Shown one piece after another: positions 20,606-29,092 of a stretch of DNA of 64,000 bases. Within the stretch, counting starts at the first letter, position 1; each line of letters opens with the position of its first letter. The stretch covers positions 40,888-104,887 of the forward strand of contig CALUMT010000020.1 in assembly GCA_944321845.1 (NCBI GenBank). Direction: 5' to 3'. The stretch is from an uncultured Butyricimonas sp. Lineage in GTDB: Bacteria > Bacteroidota > Bacteroidia > Bacteroidales > Marinifilaceae. The notes beneath the pieces were generated by a model, which was not told the origin of the DNA, did no database searches, and saw only the letters and a list, made by a program, of their open reading frames with translations. Both the position numbers and the translations under genes were made by a program.

Positions 20606-20678
20606 TAAAGTGTAACGAACTTTGATTTAACTTACCGATGCGCCCGTGTAGCCAGCACTGGCGCATCTTTTTTATTTT
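20606..20678 (+). ncRNA. Candidate cis-antisense sRNA (DonS-like) between anti-sigma and susC
   Basis: A plus-strand -7 box TAACTTTG lies at 20592-20599. A plus-strand intrinsic terminator follows: 8-bp stem GATGCGCC (20637-20644) / GGCGCATC (20660-20667), then TTTTTTATTTT. Both flanking genes are on the minus strand. Confidence 0.3.
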
Positions 20679-21838
20679 GCACTCGATATATAAAACATAT
20701 TATCCACCTGGGTCACGTTCACCAGTCCCGTGCGACGCAACATCTCCACGATCGGTGTCATGTCCTCGTAACGGTCCATGCTGGCACCGACACATACAGC
20801 GGCTGCCCGCTCATCGATGAAACGATACTCGAACCCGTACCACTTCGCCAGGTAAGCCATCACGTCAGCCAACGGCTCGTTCTTGAAAACAAATTTGCCT
20901 AACCGCCAAGCCGTGTACAAGGAAACATCTACCTTCGCCACGTCCATCCGTCCCGATTCTCTCCGGTAAACAAGCTGCTCTCCCGGCACAATTTCACGCG
21001 TCTCGACACTGTCGGTAACCGCCACCTTCCCCTCCACCAACGTCGTAACGATACTCGCCTCATTATCGTAAGCACGGAGGTTAAAGGATGTTCCCAATAC
21101 CTTCACGTCCACCCCCGCAGTCTCGATGATAAAGGGATGAGCGGCATCTTTCGCCACATCGAAATAAGCCTCTCCCGTCAAGCGCACCCGACGCTCCTGC
21201 CCCTGGAAGCTAGCGGGGAATGTCAATCTCGTCTCCGCGTTCATGTATACCCGGGTCCCGTCCGCCAGCGTCAAGGTATACTCCATTCCCGTCAACGTTT
21301 CCATGGTATTCCAACTCTCTTCCCCGGTCAGCGTGTCCGGACGCTGGTAAGAAGTCCCCGTGGAATCCGTACGAATGGCGGTTCCGTCCTCTTCCCGTAA
21401 CGAGAATTGCTGATTCCTGACAATATCGAACACCTCCCCGTTACCTGTTGTCAAACGGGCTCCTGTTCCACCCGCCATAATCTGCCTGCGGACAGGCTGA
21501 GGCTCCTCATCCTCCCCCGAGGCTAACCACCAGTAAGCCGCACCGGCCATGAATACCAATACAAGTACCGCCGCGTAGCGAATCAGTTTCCGACTCCACC
21601 CGATTTTATGCCCGACAACACGTCCCCGTACTTCTTGCCAACCTTCCTTGCCGGAGAATCGGGCCAACATCTTCTCGTTCTCCTCGAAATTTTCCTTATC
21701 CAGCATTCTCTTCACGAAAGCTTCCCGCTGCCCGTCTCCACCAATCCAGTCCCGCAATTCCTCCTCTTCCCCCGCCTCTCGGGTTCCCATGAAGAATTTT
21801 GCCAATAATTCCGTAATTCTAAGATTCCGTCTATCCAT
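20672..21838 (-). CDS. FecR family anti-sigma factor
   Basis: 388 aa with one central TM segment (YAAVLVLVFMAGAAYWWL) and a FecR-type periplasmic domain (TLADGTRVYMNAETRLTFP, RLTGEAYFDV). It lies between the ECF sigma gene and susC. Confidence 0.85.
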   Translation of the reverse strand: MDRRNLRITELLAKFFMGTREAGEEEELRDWIGGDGQREAFVKRMLDKENFEENEKMLARFSGKEGWQEVRGRVVGHKIGWSRKLIRYAAVLVLVFMAGAAYWWLASGEDEEPQPVRRQIMAGGTGARLTTGNGEVFDIVRNQQFSLREEDGTAIRTDSTGTSYQRPDTLTGEESWNTMETLTGMEYTLTLADGTRVYMNAETRLTFPASFQGQERRVRLTGEAYFDVAKDAAHPFIIETAGVDVKVLGTSFNLRAYDNEASIVTTLVEGKVAVTDSVETREIVPGEQLVYRRESGRMDVAKVDVSLYTAWRLGKFVFKNEPLADVMAYLAKWYGFEYRFIDERAAAVCVGASMDRYEDMTPIVEMLRRTGLVNVTQVDNMFYISSAK

Positions 21839-22083
21839 TTTCTAATCATTTTACACCCCTATAACAATCCTGCAACAAAACATGGGTAGTCAGACATCCA
21901 TTTTTTTCAAAATTTTTTCCCGTCCCCGCCATTTTTCTCTTCATCCCCCTCCATTTCTCCATTCCCTTCCGCCATCCCGACACCTTCATCTCCTCCCCGC
22001 TCATCAATTCCCGGACAAATGAAAGCAAGCGGGGAACATCCAGCCACATTCCGTCCCCGTACTCCAGCCCATTTTTATTGAAG

Positions 22084-22116
22084 TTAAATCGAAGAAAAAT
22101 CGAAGATGAATCGAAG
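22084..22116. repeat. Three imperfect tandem 11-bp units sharing the core AATCGAAG
   Basis: The units are ttaAATCGAAG, aaaAATCGAAG and atgAATCGAAG, with cores at 22087, 22098 and 22109. They lie inside the sigma / anti-sigma spacer. Confidence 0.8.
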
Positions 22117-22227
22117 TTACTAGCAGCAGGCTTCCTCGTGAATAAACACGAAATAGTTCCACGGGGATAACCTTCCCGAAAGAAGAGACAAACAAGCCCC
22201 GACAGGAAACAAAGACAGAAAAAACGA

Positions 22228-22764
22228 TTAGAAAAACAATAACAGGTAAAAATGTTCTCTCAAGGAATCGCGCAACTTGCGGTAAGCCGCTTTCTTCTGG
22301 GCATGGACAGTTCCTTCGGCGATTCCCATTTCCCGGGCGATTTCCGGATTTTTCATTCCCTCCAGGGCATAACGTATAATGGTTCGCATCTGGGGAGGCA
22401 AGGCATCTATCGCTTTCCGCACGAGCAGGTAGGTTTCCTGCTCCATGTAACGTTCCTCAAAAACGGTCTCTTCCTCACGGCTCATGGTCATGATGGCATC
22501 GGAATTGATTTGTTCCCGTTTCAAATGATTCAGGCAACGGTTGCGGGCCACCATGTAAAGAAAACCTTTCACCTGGTGAATCTCGTTGAAATCCGTCCGT
22601 TTCTCCCAATAAGCCAACAAGGTTTCCTGGGCCACATCCTTGCTCACCTCCTCATCCCGCAGGTATTTCATGGCAAACACGCAGAGCATCGGGTAATAAT
22701 CCTCAAAGAATTCCCGGAAAGCCGTGACATTCCCGTTTTTTATTTCCTCCACGATATTCTGCAT
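22228..22764 (-). CDS. ECF-type RNA polymerase sigma-70 factor
   Basis: 178 aa with region 2 (DVAQETLLAYWEK) and a region 4 HTH (NPEIAREMGIAEGTVHAQKKAAYRKLR). Confidence 0.85.
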   Translation of the reverse strand: MQNIVEEIKNGNVTAFREFFEDYYPMLCVFAMKYLRDEEVSKDVAQETLLAYWEKRTDFNEIHQVKGFLYMVARNRCLNHLKREQINSDAIMTMSREEETVFEERYMEQETYLLVRKAIDALPPQMRTIIRYALEGMKNPEIAREMGIAEGTVHAQKKAAYRKLRDSLREHFYLLLFF

Positions 22765-22982
22765 AAGCGTTTGGTGATGATACGAAATTCCTGACGAAAA
22801 TAAATAAAATTTACATTTCCGCCTATTTCATGCGCGAGAAATAGTAAAAAGATTATCCTATTCCAGTAGCCGACCGTTCAAAAGGCGACCTCTTTCCCTC
22901 CTATCTCGTGGGTAGCTCCTACTTAGCCCCGGGGTAGGAAGTAATCAAAGAGGTGTTATCTTTCTCTAACAACCGGCTGAAA

Positions 22983-23037
22983 ACCGATTTGCATCGGTCT
23001 TGACTCGGTGCTGAGTCGGATGTGAATCGGTTCTGAG
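22983..23037. repeat. Degenerate tandem array of 11-bp units (consensus TCGGTnnTGAn), four good copies plus one weak
   Basis: 11-mers start at 22983 (accgatttgca), 22994 (tcggtcttgac), 23005 (tcggtgctgag), 23016 (tcggatgtgaa) and 23027 (tcggttctgag). The array is followed by CTACCCA-N4-CTACCCA at 23044-23061. Confidence 0.7.
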
Positions 23038-23129
23038 TACTCGCTACCCAGGACCTACCCACGCTCAACATAGGAGATAAGCAGGGTGAACACAAGAAGC
23101 CCGAACAAGGAAACGCACCCGGGGCTATT

Positions 23130-25739
23130 TCATTTTATCGGCAGAGAAAGTCGCTGACGGCAGATGATGCCTTCCCGCGTAACTCCTTCTATAATGACGG
23201 AATACGTGCCATAGATATCAGCCGTGTAGAAGGAAACCTTTTGCTTCTTCCCGGGTGACAGTTCCAGGACCGGCTGCCAATAAATCGTGGAACGCACATC
23301 GTAACGCGGGTCTCGGCGGACGGAATCCACGTCGTATTTCGGAACGTAGAATTCATCCGGGACTTGGAAACCGAGAGGTTTGAACGCCAGGGTATTTGCC
23401 GGCCGAATCGGAGGCGGGGTATAACCCGGATCCATGGAGATTATCAACGCGCCGTCGGGAGCCCGATCCCCGAAGAATATCCGAGCCTGCATGGCATCGA
23501 GATAGGATATATGCTTAACCGCACGGATGGGTATCAGGCGGATGAATTGCATGGATTCCTCGAAATCATTCACGAGGGTATAGAGTTTTTTCCCGAAACG
23601 GGTGAAGCATTCTTCCCCGTCCTCACCCCGCTCGATCATGACCCCGGGCAATTCCTGTATCAGCAGGTCCCAATCATAGCCGGAATACTCGGCAAGATCC
23701 ATGGAGTCGATGGCGTGAGTCGCCAGATTATCGTAGAAGGAATAGGTCTTTTGCCGTTTGCGCCGGGTGACCTGCACCTCATCAAGCACGTACACTTTCA
23801 CACCATCCTCGTAATAGTAGTCCTGGCTGAACCTCTTCAGGAAATCATCCTCGGCCTTCTTGTCGCTCACGGTATTGGGCAAGGAATAAACGGGCGGCAA
23901 GAAACGTTCCGGGTCAAGGACGACCTCCACGCCTTTCCGTCCTTTACGGCTTAAAGCCTGGACGAAAAATTCTGTGCTATCATGGAAAGCGATGTTGTCA
24001 ACCAGGAAATGTCCCGCCTCATCCGCGTTGACCTCCCGGACGTGCCCATAGTTGGAAATCAAGATAATATTGGCCTGTTTGGATTGTCCTCCCCAGAAAT
24101 TCTTTACCCGACCGGATATCACCTGCCCGAGCTCTATCTCGTACTGCTGTTCCGGGAATTCCCCACGGGCAACTTTGGCCGGATCGAAACGGGTCCAACC
24201 GTGGGTCAGCATCACCAAGTCGAGATGACGATCCACGAGAGGGGTGGTGTCGTTGAAATAATAGGCCGGATTGTCGATATAACCTTTCAGGTCTGCGGTC
24301 AGCAGCAAATCGGAAAAGATATTATTCTCCAGAGAATCCTGCGTCACCTTCTGGTCATCCGTGACGGTAAGGGAAAACGTGCCGGCCAGTTTATCGGCAT
24401 AGACATCCTCGAAACCGATTTCCAGTTCCACGAGTTCCCGGGCCGTGTAGGACGGCTTGACAGGTTGTACCTTCAAGGCCGGTCGACTTTTCAGTTTCCG
24501 GAAAAACATCCGCTGGCTATACACGTTGCCTTGCTCATCCATGAGGACAAGCTGGGATATGCCCTCGGGAAGCAGCCGTGGGTTGATGATTCCCTTGACT
24601 TCACCCCGTATCGGCTGAATATCGATAATCATTCCCCGGCAATGCAGGACCGCGTATAAATCTTCCCGGGGAACGGTCTTTTCACCCTTGAGTACATTAT
24701 AAATGATACAGGAGTCCGTTACATTCACGGATAAGCCCCACCCGTCATTAACGGGAAGCGGCAAATCGAAACGCTGTTCCAACCCGTTCTCCTGACGCAT
24801 CACGGCATAATAACGCTGCCCCGGCATGACTGGAAGCCGGAAGGCTCCCATACCGTCATGTTCAGCATGGATATCGGCAATAAGCACGGTATCCAGATAA
24901 ACTCCCCCGGTGACATGCACCGCACGCCCATCTTCCCCGATTGCCTTAAAAGCCACCACCTGCCAATTGTTCGAGAGCAGGTTGCCTCCTTCCGGGAAAA
25001 ACTGGACATCGAAGTCCGCCAAATGGTCGGGAACATGAATCTCTCTCTCGAATGAGACATCCGCGTAATCCGCCGACTTCAAGGAAATGTTTTTTACCGA
25101 CTTGTCTATTTTCAATTCGACCACCCCATCCCTATCCGTCACGGTCCTCAACTCGGAATAACGGTTCACCCGTTCGCCCTTCACGTAGACCAACGGGAGA
25201 CGTACATAGGGCTCGCCGGAATAATCCGTGAAGCGAAGACGGGCGATGTAGTTATCCTTTCCTTTCCGAGTATAGGAGACATCTATCCATACCCTTGAAT
25301 CCTGGGGATTCAGGACACGTATTTTCTTTTTGAATATAAAATCCTCCCCCTGATTCTGCATATAGTAGGTGTATGCCCGCAGGCAATAATCACCCTGTTG
25401 CAGGTTTTCCGGCAAGCGAATCTGACCGTAGAAACACGAATCCCGTTCCTTCACCTTCACGCGGGTAACCAGTGAATCCCGCTTGTCGACAATATCCACG
25501 TAGATATAATGACTGAGCAGCATGGGAGAATGGGTTGTCGCGTGTACCTGATAAGCCCGGAACCAGATATTCTCGCCCACGGTGTAGACGGATTTGTCTG
25601 TATGGAGATAGACTTTCTCCTGCGGCATGTTTATCACCATCCCGGAGAAATTAGCGATCAGCCGCTTTTCAAAAACCGAGTATTCCCGAAAGGCGTATCC
25701 GGCAATCAACAAGATGAGTATAATGATAAATTTCCGCAT
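23130..25739 (-). CDS. Large secreted hypothetical protein: MG2-like N-terminus, carboxypeptidase-regulatory-like and plug-like segments, no beta-barrel
   Basis: 869 aa with an N-terminal hydrophobic anchor or signal. It has KVYLHTDKSVYTVGENIWFRAY (MG2-like), ISGRVKNFW...DEAGHFLVDNIAF and LIQELPGVMIERG (plug-like). It starts 18 nt downstream of the antiporter gene. Confidence 0.6.
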   Translation of the reverse strand: MRKFIIILILLIAGYAFREYSVFEKRLIANFSGMVINMPQEKVYLHTDKSVYTVGENIWFRAYQVHATTHSPMLLSHYIYVDIVDKRDSLVTRVKVKERDSCFYGQIRLPENLQQGDYCLRAYTYYMQNQGEDFIFKKKIRVLNPQDSRVWIDVSYTRKGKDNYIARLRFTDYSGEPYVRLPLVYVKGERVNRYSELRTVTDRDGVVELKIDKSVKNISLKSADYADVSFEREIHVPDHLADFDVQFFPEGGNLLSNNWQVVAFKAIGEDGRAVHVTGGVYLDTVLIADIHAEHDGMGAFRLPVMPGQRYYAVMRQENGLEQRFDLPLPVNDGWGLSVNVTDSCIIYNVLKGEKTVPREDLYAVLHCRGMIIDIQPIRGEVKGIINPRLLPEGISQLVLMDEQGNVYSQRMFFRKLKSRPALKVQPVKPSYTARELVELEIGFEDVYADKLAGTFSLTVTDDQKVTQDSLENNIFSDLLLTADLKGYIDNPAYYFNDTTPLVDRHLDLVMLTHGWTRFDPAKVARGEFPEQQYEIELGQVISGRVKNFWGGQSKQANIILISNYGHVREVNADEAGHFLVDNIAFHDSTEFFVQALSRKGRKGVEVVLDPERFLPPVYSLPNTVSDKKAEDDFLKRFSQDYYYEDGVKVYVLDEVQVTRRKRQKTYSFYDNLATHAIDSMDLAEYSGYDWDLLIQELPGVMIERGEDGEECFTRFGKKLYTLVNDFEESMQFIRLIPIRAVKHISYLDAMQARIFFGDRAPDGALIISMDPGYTPPPIRPANTLAFKPLGFQVPDEFYVPKYDVDSVRRDPRYDVRSTIYWQPVLELSPGKKQKVSFYTADIYGTYSVIIEGVTREGIICRQRLSLPIK

Positions 25740-25757
25740 AATGGAAAAAGGTTGGGG

Positions 25758-27911
25758 TTATTTATTTTTCCGGAACAATTTTCTGAGAATGTTACCCAAT
25801 TCATCAATACCGTCAAAAGAATTCGCGTGTGGTGATGTTTTCAAGGCCCCGAACTCTTGGTCTCCGTAACCGATCTGTACCGGGTAAACCAGAATGCAAT
25901 TGTTCGTGGCAAAATGATCGTTGATATAGGACGGCACCTTGGCCATATTGCGAGAGTAAGAATAACCGTTCTTACGGCTCATGATGAACACCAAGGCATC
26001 GTTCGCCTTGACAGAAGAAACGACGGCAGGCATGTCATCCCAACTGGTAAACTCCTTGAACTCGGCATCAATGGAATGTTGCCGCTGCACCTCCTGCAAT
26101 AATTTAAGTACGGCCGGATTGCCATAAAAAACCATTTTACATCCGGAATTACGACCGATATTCCACATTCTCACCAGCCAATAAGGGAAACCGATCTCCA
26201 CTTCCGCGTGAGGAGGTATCAATACCACGTAACGCCGCAAGGTGGCCAGTGTCTGCACGGGACGGTAGACGAACGCAGTGGCCGCACACTTGGACAATAT
26301 CCGGTCCGTAAGATTACCAAGAAAAGATTCCGAGATTTGCCGTTCCTTGCGCAAACCGATAACCATGTCCGTGATTTTGTTTTCCTTGATCACGTGCTTG
26401 ATACCATTGGCCACATCATCGTCATATCGCAATAGAGGGGTCAACAGATTGTCCGTGGCCGCCGCTATCTTGGTAGCCGTCTCCAGCAATATTTTACTCC
26501 GCTTTTCGGTGGCCGCATCAGCCACTTCGGAAGGAATAACACTCAAGGCTGACATCTGAGCTTTGCCTTTCTTGGATTTTATGGTTATGGCCAGACTCAT
26601 CAACTCACCGACATTTTCCTGGTTACTCAGAGGGATAAGAATATGGTCATCCGCTTCATCGCTGTCCACGAGTTCATCGTCCGTCAATTCGGCCAGGGAG
26701 ATTTCCTGCGCCCCCTTTTGCGTGGCAAATGAAGCGATGATACAGGTGACAAGAATCATCACGATTGTTCCGTTCAACACGCTATCATCCAACAAGCGGA
26801 TGGGTTGCCCGTCGGGAGTCATCCCGACAATGACCTCGTAACCAACCAAAACAGCCGCCAAGGTGGCCGCTGCCTGGGCGTTACTCAAACCGAAAAGAAG
26901 AGTGCGTTCCGAAGTGGTAAGCCGGAAGGTCTTTTGAGCCAACCAGGCTGAAAGGTACTTGGCCAAAGTGGCAACCACGCACATTACCACGGCGACCCAG
27001 ATCATATTTACATCTGTAAGAAAGACCTTATAATCCACGAGCATCCCGACACTAATCAGGAAAAAGGGAATAAAAAGCGCATTTCCCACGAATTCAATCC
27101 GATTCATTAACGCTGAAGTATTCGGGATCAACTTATTCAACGCCAATCCCGCGAGGAAAGCCCCGATTACCCCTTCCAATCCGGCAGTCTCGGCCAAGAA
27201 TGCCCCCAGGAAGACCAATGCCAACACGAATATATACATACCGATACGGTCATCGTGGCGCTTGAAATACCAACGGCCAAGACAAGGGAATCCCCAAAGG
27301 AGAATCACGGCGAAAACAAGCGTGGAAAAGCCGAGTTTTATCCAAAACATCTGGTTGAGCTCTCCTTCTTCCATCCCCACGATAATCGCCAGGACGAACA
27401 AGGCCAGCAGACAGGTCACGACAGTACCCCCAATCGCTATATTGACCGTACGATTCTTCACGATACCGTATTTGCTGACAATCGGATAAGTCATCAACGT
27501 GTGGGAGGCAAACATACTGGCCAACAAGATCGAGGTCGGATAGGAGAAATCCAACAAGTAAATCCCCGCGGCCGTACCCAATATCATGGGGATAAAGAAA
27601 GTATATAAACCGAAAGTGAAACTTTTCGCTCCATTTTTCTTGAAATCCGCGATATCAATCTCCAGACCGGCCAGGAACATAATGTACAACAATCCGACCG
27701 TACCGAACAATTCAATGCTGCTATCCCGTTCCATTATGCCCAAACCATGAGGGCCGATCAAGGTACCGGCCAGAATCAAACCAATCAAGTCCGGAATCTT
27801 GATGCGATGCAACAGCATGGGGACAAACAATATGATAAAAAGTATCAAGGAGAATATTAACACGGGATCTGTTAACGGTAGCGATATATTTACAAAATCT
27901 AATATCAACAT
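25758..27911 (-). CDS. Cation:proton antiporter (CPA family) with a long cytoplasmic C-terminal domain
   Basis: 717 aa. About 400 aa is polytopic membrane domain (PDLIGLILAGTLIGPHGLG, FLAGLEID). The remaining roughly 300 aa is soluble. Confidence 0.8.
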   Translation of the reverse strand: MLILDFVNISLPLTDPVLIFSLILFIILFVPMLLHRIKIPDLIGLILAGTLIGPHGLGIMERDSSIELFGTVGLLYIMFLAGLEIDIADFKKNGAKSFTFGLYTFFIPMILGTAAGIYLLDFSYPTSILLASMFASHTLMTYPIVSKYGIVKNRTVNIAIGGTVVTCLLALFVLAIIVGMEEGELNQMFWIKLGFSTLVFAVILLWGFPCLGRWYFKRHDDRIGMYIFVLALVFLGAFLAETAGLEGVIGAFLAGLALNKLIPNTSALMNRIEFVGNALFIPFFLISVGMLVDYKVFLTDVNMIWVAVVMCVVATLAKYLSAWLAQKTFRLTTSERTLLFGLSNAQAAATLAAVLVGYEVIVGMTPDGQPIRLLDDSVLNGTIVMILVTCIIASFATQKGAQEISLAELTDDELVDSDEADDHILIPLSNQENVGELMSLAITIKSKKGKAQMSALSVIPSEVADAATEKRSKILLETATKIAAATDNLLTPLLRYDDDVANGIKHVIKENKITDMVIGLRKERQISESFLGNLTDRILSKCAATAFVYRPVQTLATLRRYVVLIPPHAEVEIGFPYWLVRMWNIGRNSGCKMVFYGNPAVLKLLQEVQRQHSIDAEFKEFTSWDDMPAVVSSVKANDALVFIMSRKNGYSYSRNMAKVPSYINDHFATNNCILVYPVQIGYGDQEFGALKTSPHANSFDGIDELGNILRKLFRKNK

Positions 27912-28016
27912 GGGTATTATCGGATTAATGTTTATATTCTTTTATAGGCAAATTTAATCTTTTTCCGGCAGAATTACACGAGAGGAGGCGTATAATCGTC
28001 GGATTTTTCTCGAGGG

Positions 28017-28058
28017 ACAAAAATAGTGAAACTCGACTCGAGTAGAGTCGGGTTTCAC
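28017..28058 (-). terminator. Intrinsic terminator after korB
   Basis: 14-bp stem at 28026-28058 (GTGAAACTCGACTC / GAGTCGGGTTTCAC, with one G-U pair). On the minus strand it is followed by TATTTTTG. Confidence 0.6.
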
Positions 28059-28076
28059 ACTTATATCTTCAAAGAA

Positions 28077-29090
28077 TTATTTCACTTCCCAAACATCACC
28101 GCTATTCAGCAAATCTTCCACGCAGTGAATATTTGATTTAGCTTTAACTTCCTCGATCTGAGCATCCAATGCATCATTATAAGTAACACCTTCTACATCG
28201 CGGATAACACCTAAAGCAACCGGATATTCAGGAGCTTTCATGTGTACCAACATCCAATGCATTGAAGGATTCTCGCAATGGGCATCATGCACGAGAATAT
28301 CATCTTCCGTGATACCGTCTTTACCGATTTCCACGACTTTCAATTTCCCGGTCTTGTCAAGAACCAATCCTTTATCACGATTCTTACCGAATATCATGGG
28401 TTTACCATGCTCCAGAATCAATTGACGATCCTCTTTCAATTCCTTATCCGTAATCAAGGAATGGGCCCCGTCAGCAAAGATCACGCAATTCTGCAGGATC
28501 TCAATCACGGCCATACCTTTGTGACGAACACCTGCCTCAATGACTTCAGCGGTCAGGTTTACGTTGATATCCAAAGAACGGGCAAAGAAACGTCCCTGGG
28601 CACCGATTACCAATTCCCCGGGATTGAACGGAGTCTCAATCGTTCCGTAGGGAGAAGTCTTGGTTTTAGTACCGAGTTTCGTGGTTGGAGAATATTGTCC
28701 CTTTGTCAAACCGTAAATCTCGTTATTGAATACCAAGGTCGTGATATCATTATTACGACGGATGGCATGTATGAAGTGGTTTCCCCCGATAGCCAACGCA
28801 TCACCATCTCCAGAGATCTGAAGAATGTTCACGCTTGGGTTAGCAGCTTTCGCTCCTGAAGAAATTGCAGCCGCACGCCCGTGGATCGTATGGAATCCGT
28901 AAGTATTCATATAATACGGGAAACGGGATGAACATCCGATTCCAGATATAATGGCCCAAGATTCTTTCGGGTAACCCAATTCTGCCAAAGCTTTTTGCAC
29001 GGCATTAATGATACCGTGGTCACCGCAACCCGGGCACCAACGCACTTCCTGGTTGCTCTTGAAATCTTTCGGTGTATATTTTTCAGCCAT
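28077..29090 (-). CDS. korB: 2-oxoglutarate/2-oxoacid:ferredoxin oxidoreductase, beta (TPP-binding) subunit
   Basis: 337 aa with WCPGCGDHG and the TPP motif ISGDGDALAIGGNH. Confidence 0.85.
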   Translation of the reverse strand: MAEKYTPKDFKSNQEVRWCPGCGDHGIINAVQKALAELGYPKESWAIISGIGCSSRFPYYMNTYGFHTIHGRAAAISSGAKAANPSVNILQISGDGDALAIGGNHFIHAIRRNNDITTLVFNNEIYGLTKGQYSPTTKLGTKTKTSPYGTIETPFNPGELVIGAQGRFFARSLDINVNLTAEVIEAGVRHKGMAVIEILQNCVIFADGAHSLITDKELKEDRQLILEHGKPMIFGKNRDKGLVLDKTGKLKVVEIGKDGITEDDILVHDAHCENPSMHWMLVHMKAPEYPVALGVIRDVEGVTYNDALDAQIEEVKAKSNIHCVEDLLNSGDVWEVK

Positions 29091-29092
29091 GA

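Noticed and set aside
21846-22195. Small ORFs of 67 aa and 63 aa in the sigma / anti-sigma spacer.
   Set aside because: The translations are low-complexity (runs of G/M/K/W/R). The two ORFs overlap each other in different frames, and I recognise no motif. They are treated as non-coding pending conservation data.
22084-23061. The tandem 11-bp arrays, considered as a CRISPR array or CRISPR remnant (likewise 48984-49016).
   Set aside because: The units are only 11 bp and directly abut one another with no spacers. The arrays total 33-55 bp, and no cas genes are present in the window.
22898-23076. The split inverted repeat upstream of the ECF sigma gene, considered as a phase-variable invertible promoter (inverton).
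   Set aside because: The repeat arms are short and interrupted (7 + 8 bp). The enclosed 140 bp contains no TAnnTTTG box in either orientation, and no invertase gene is adjacent. The possibility is kept only as an alternative to test in the spacer finding.
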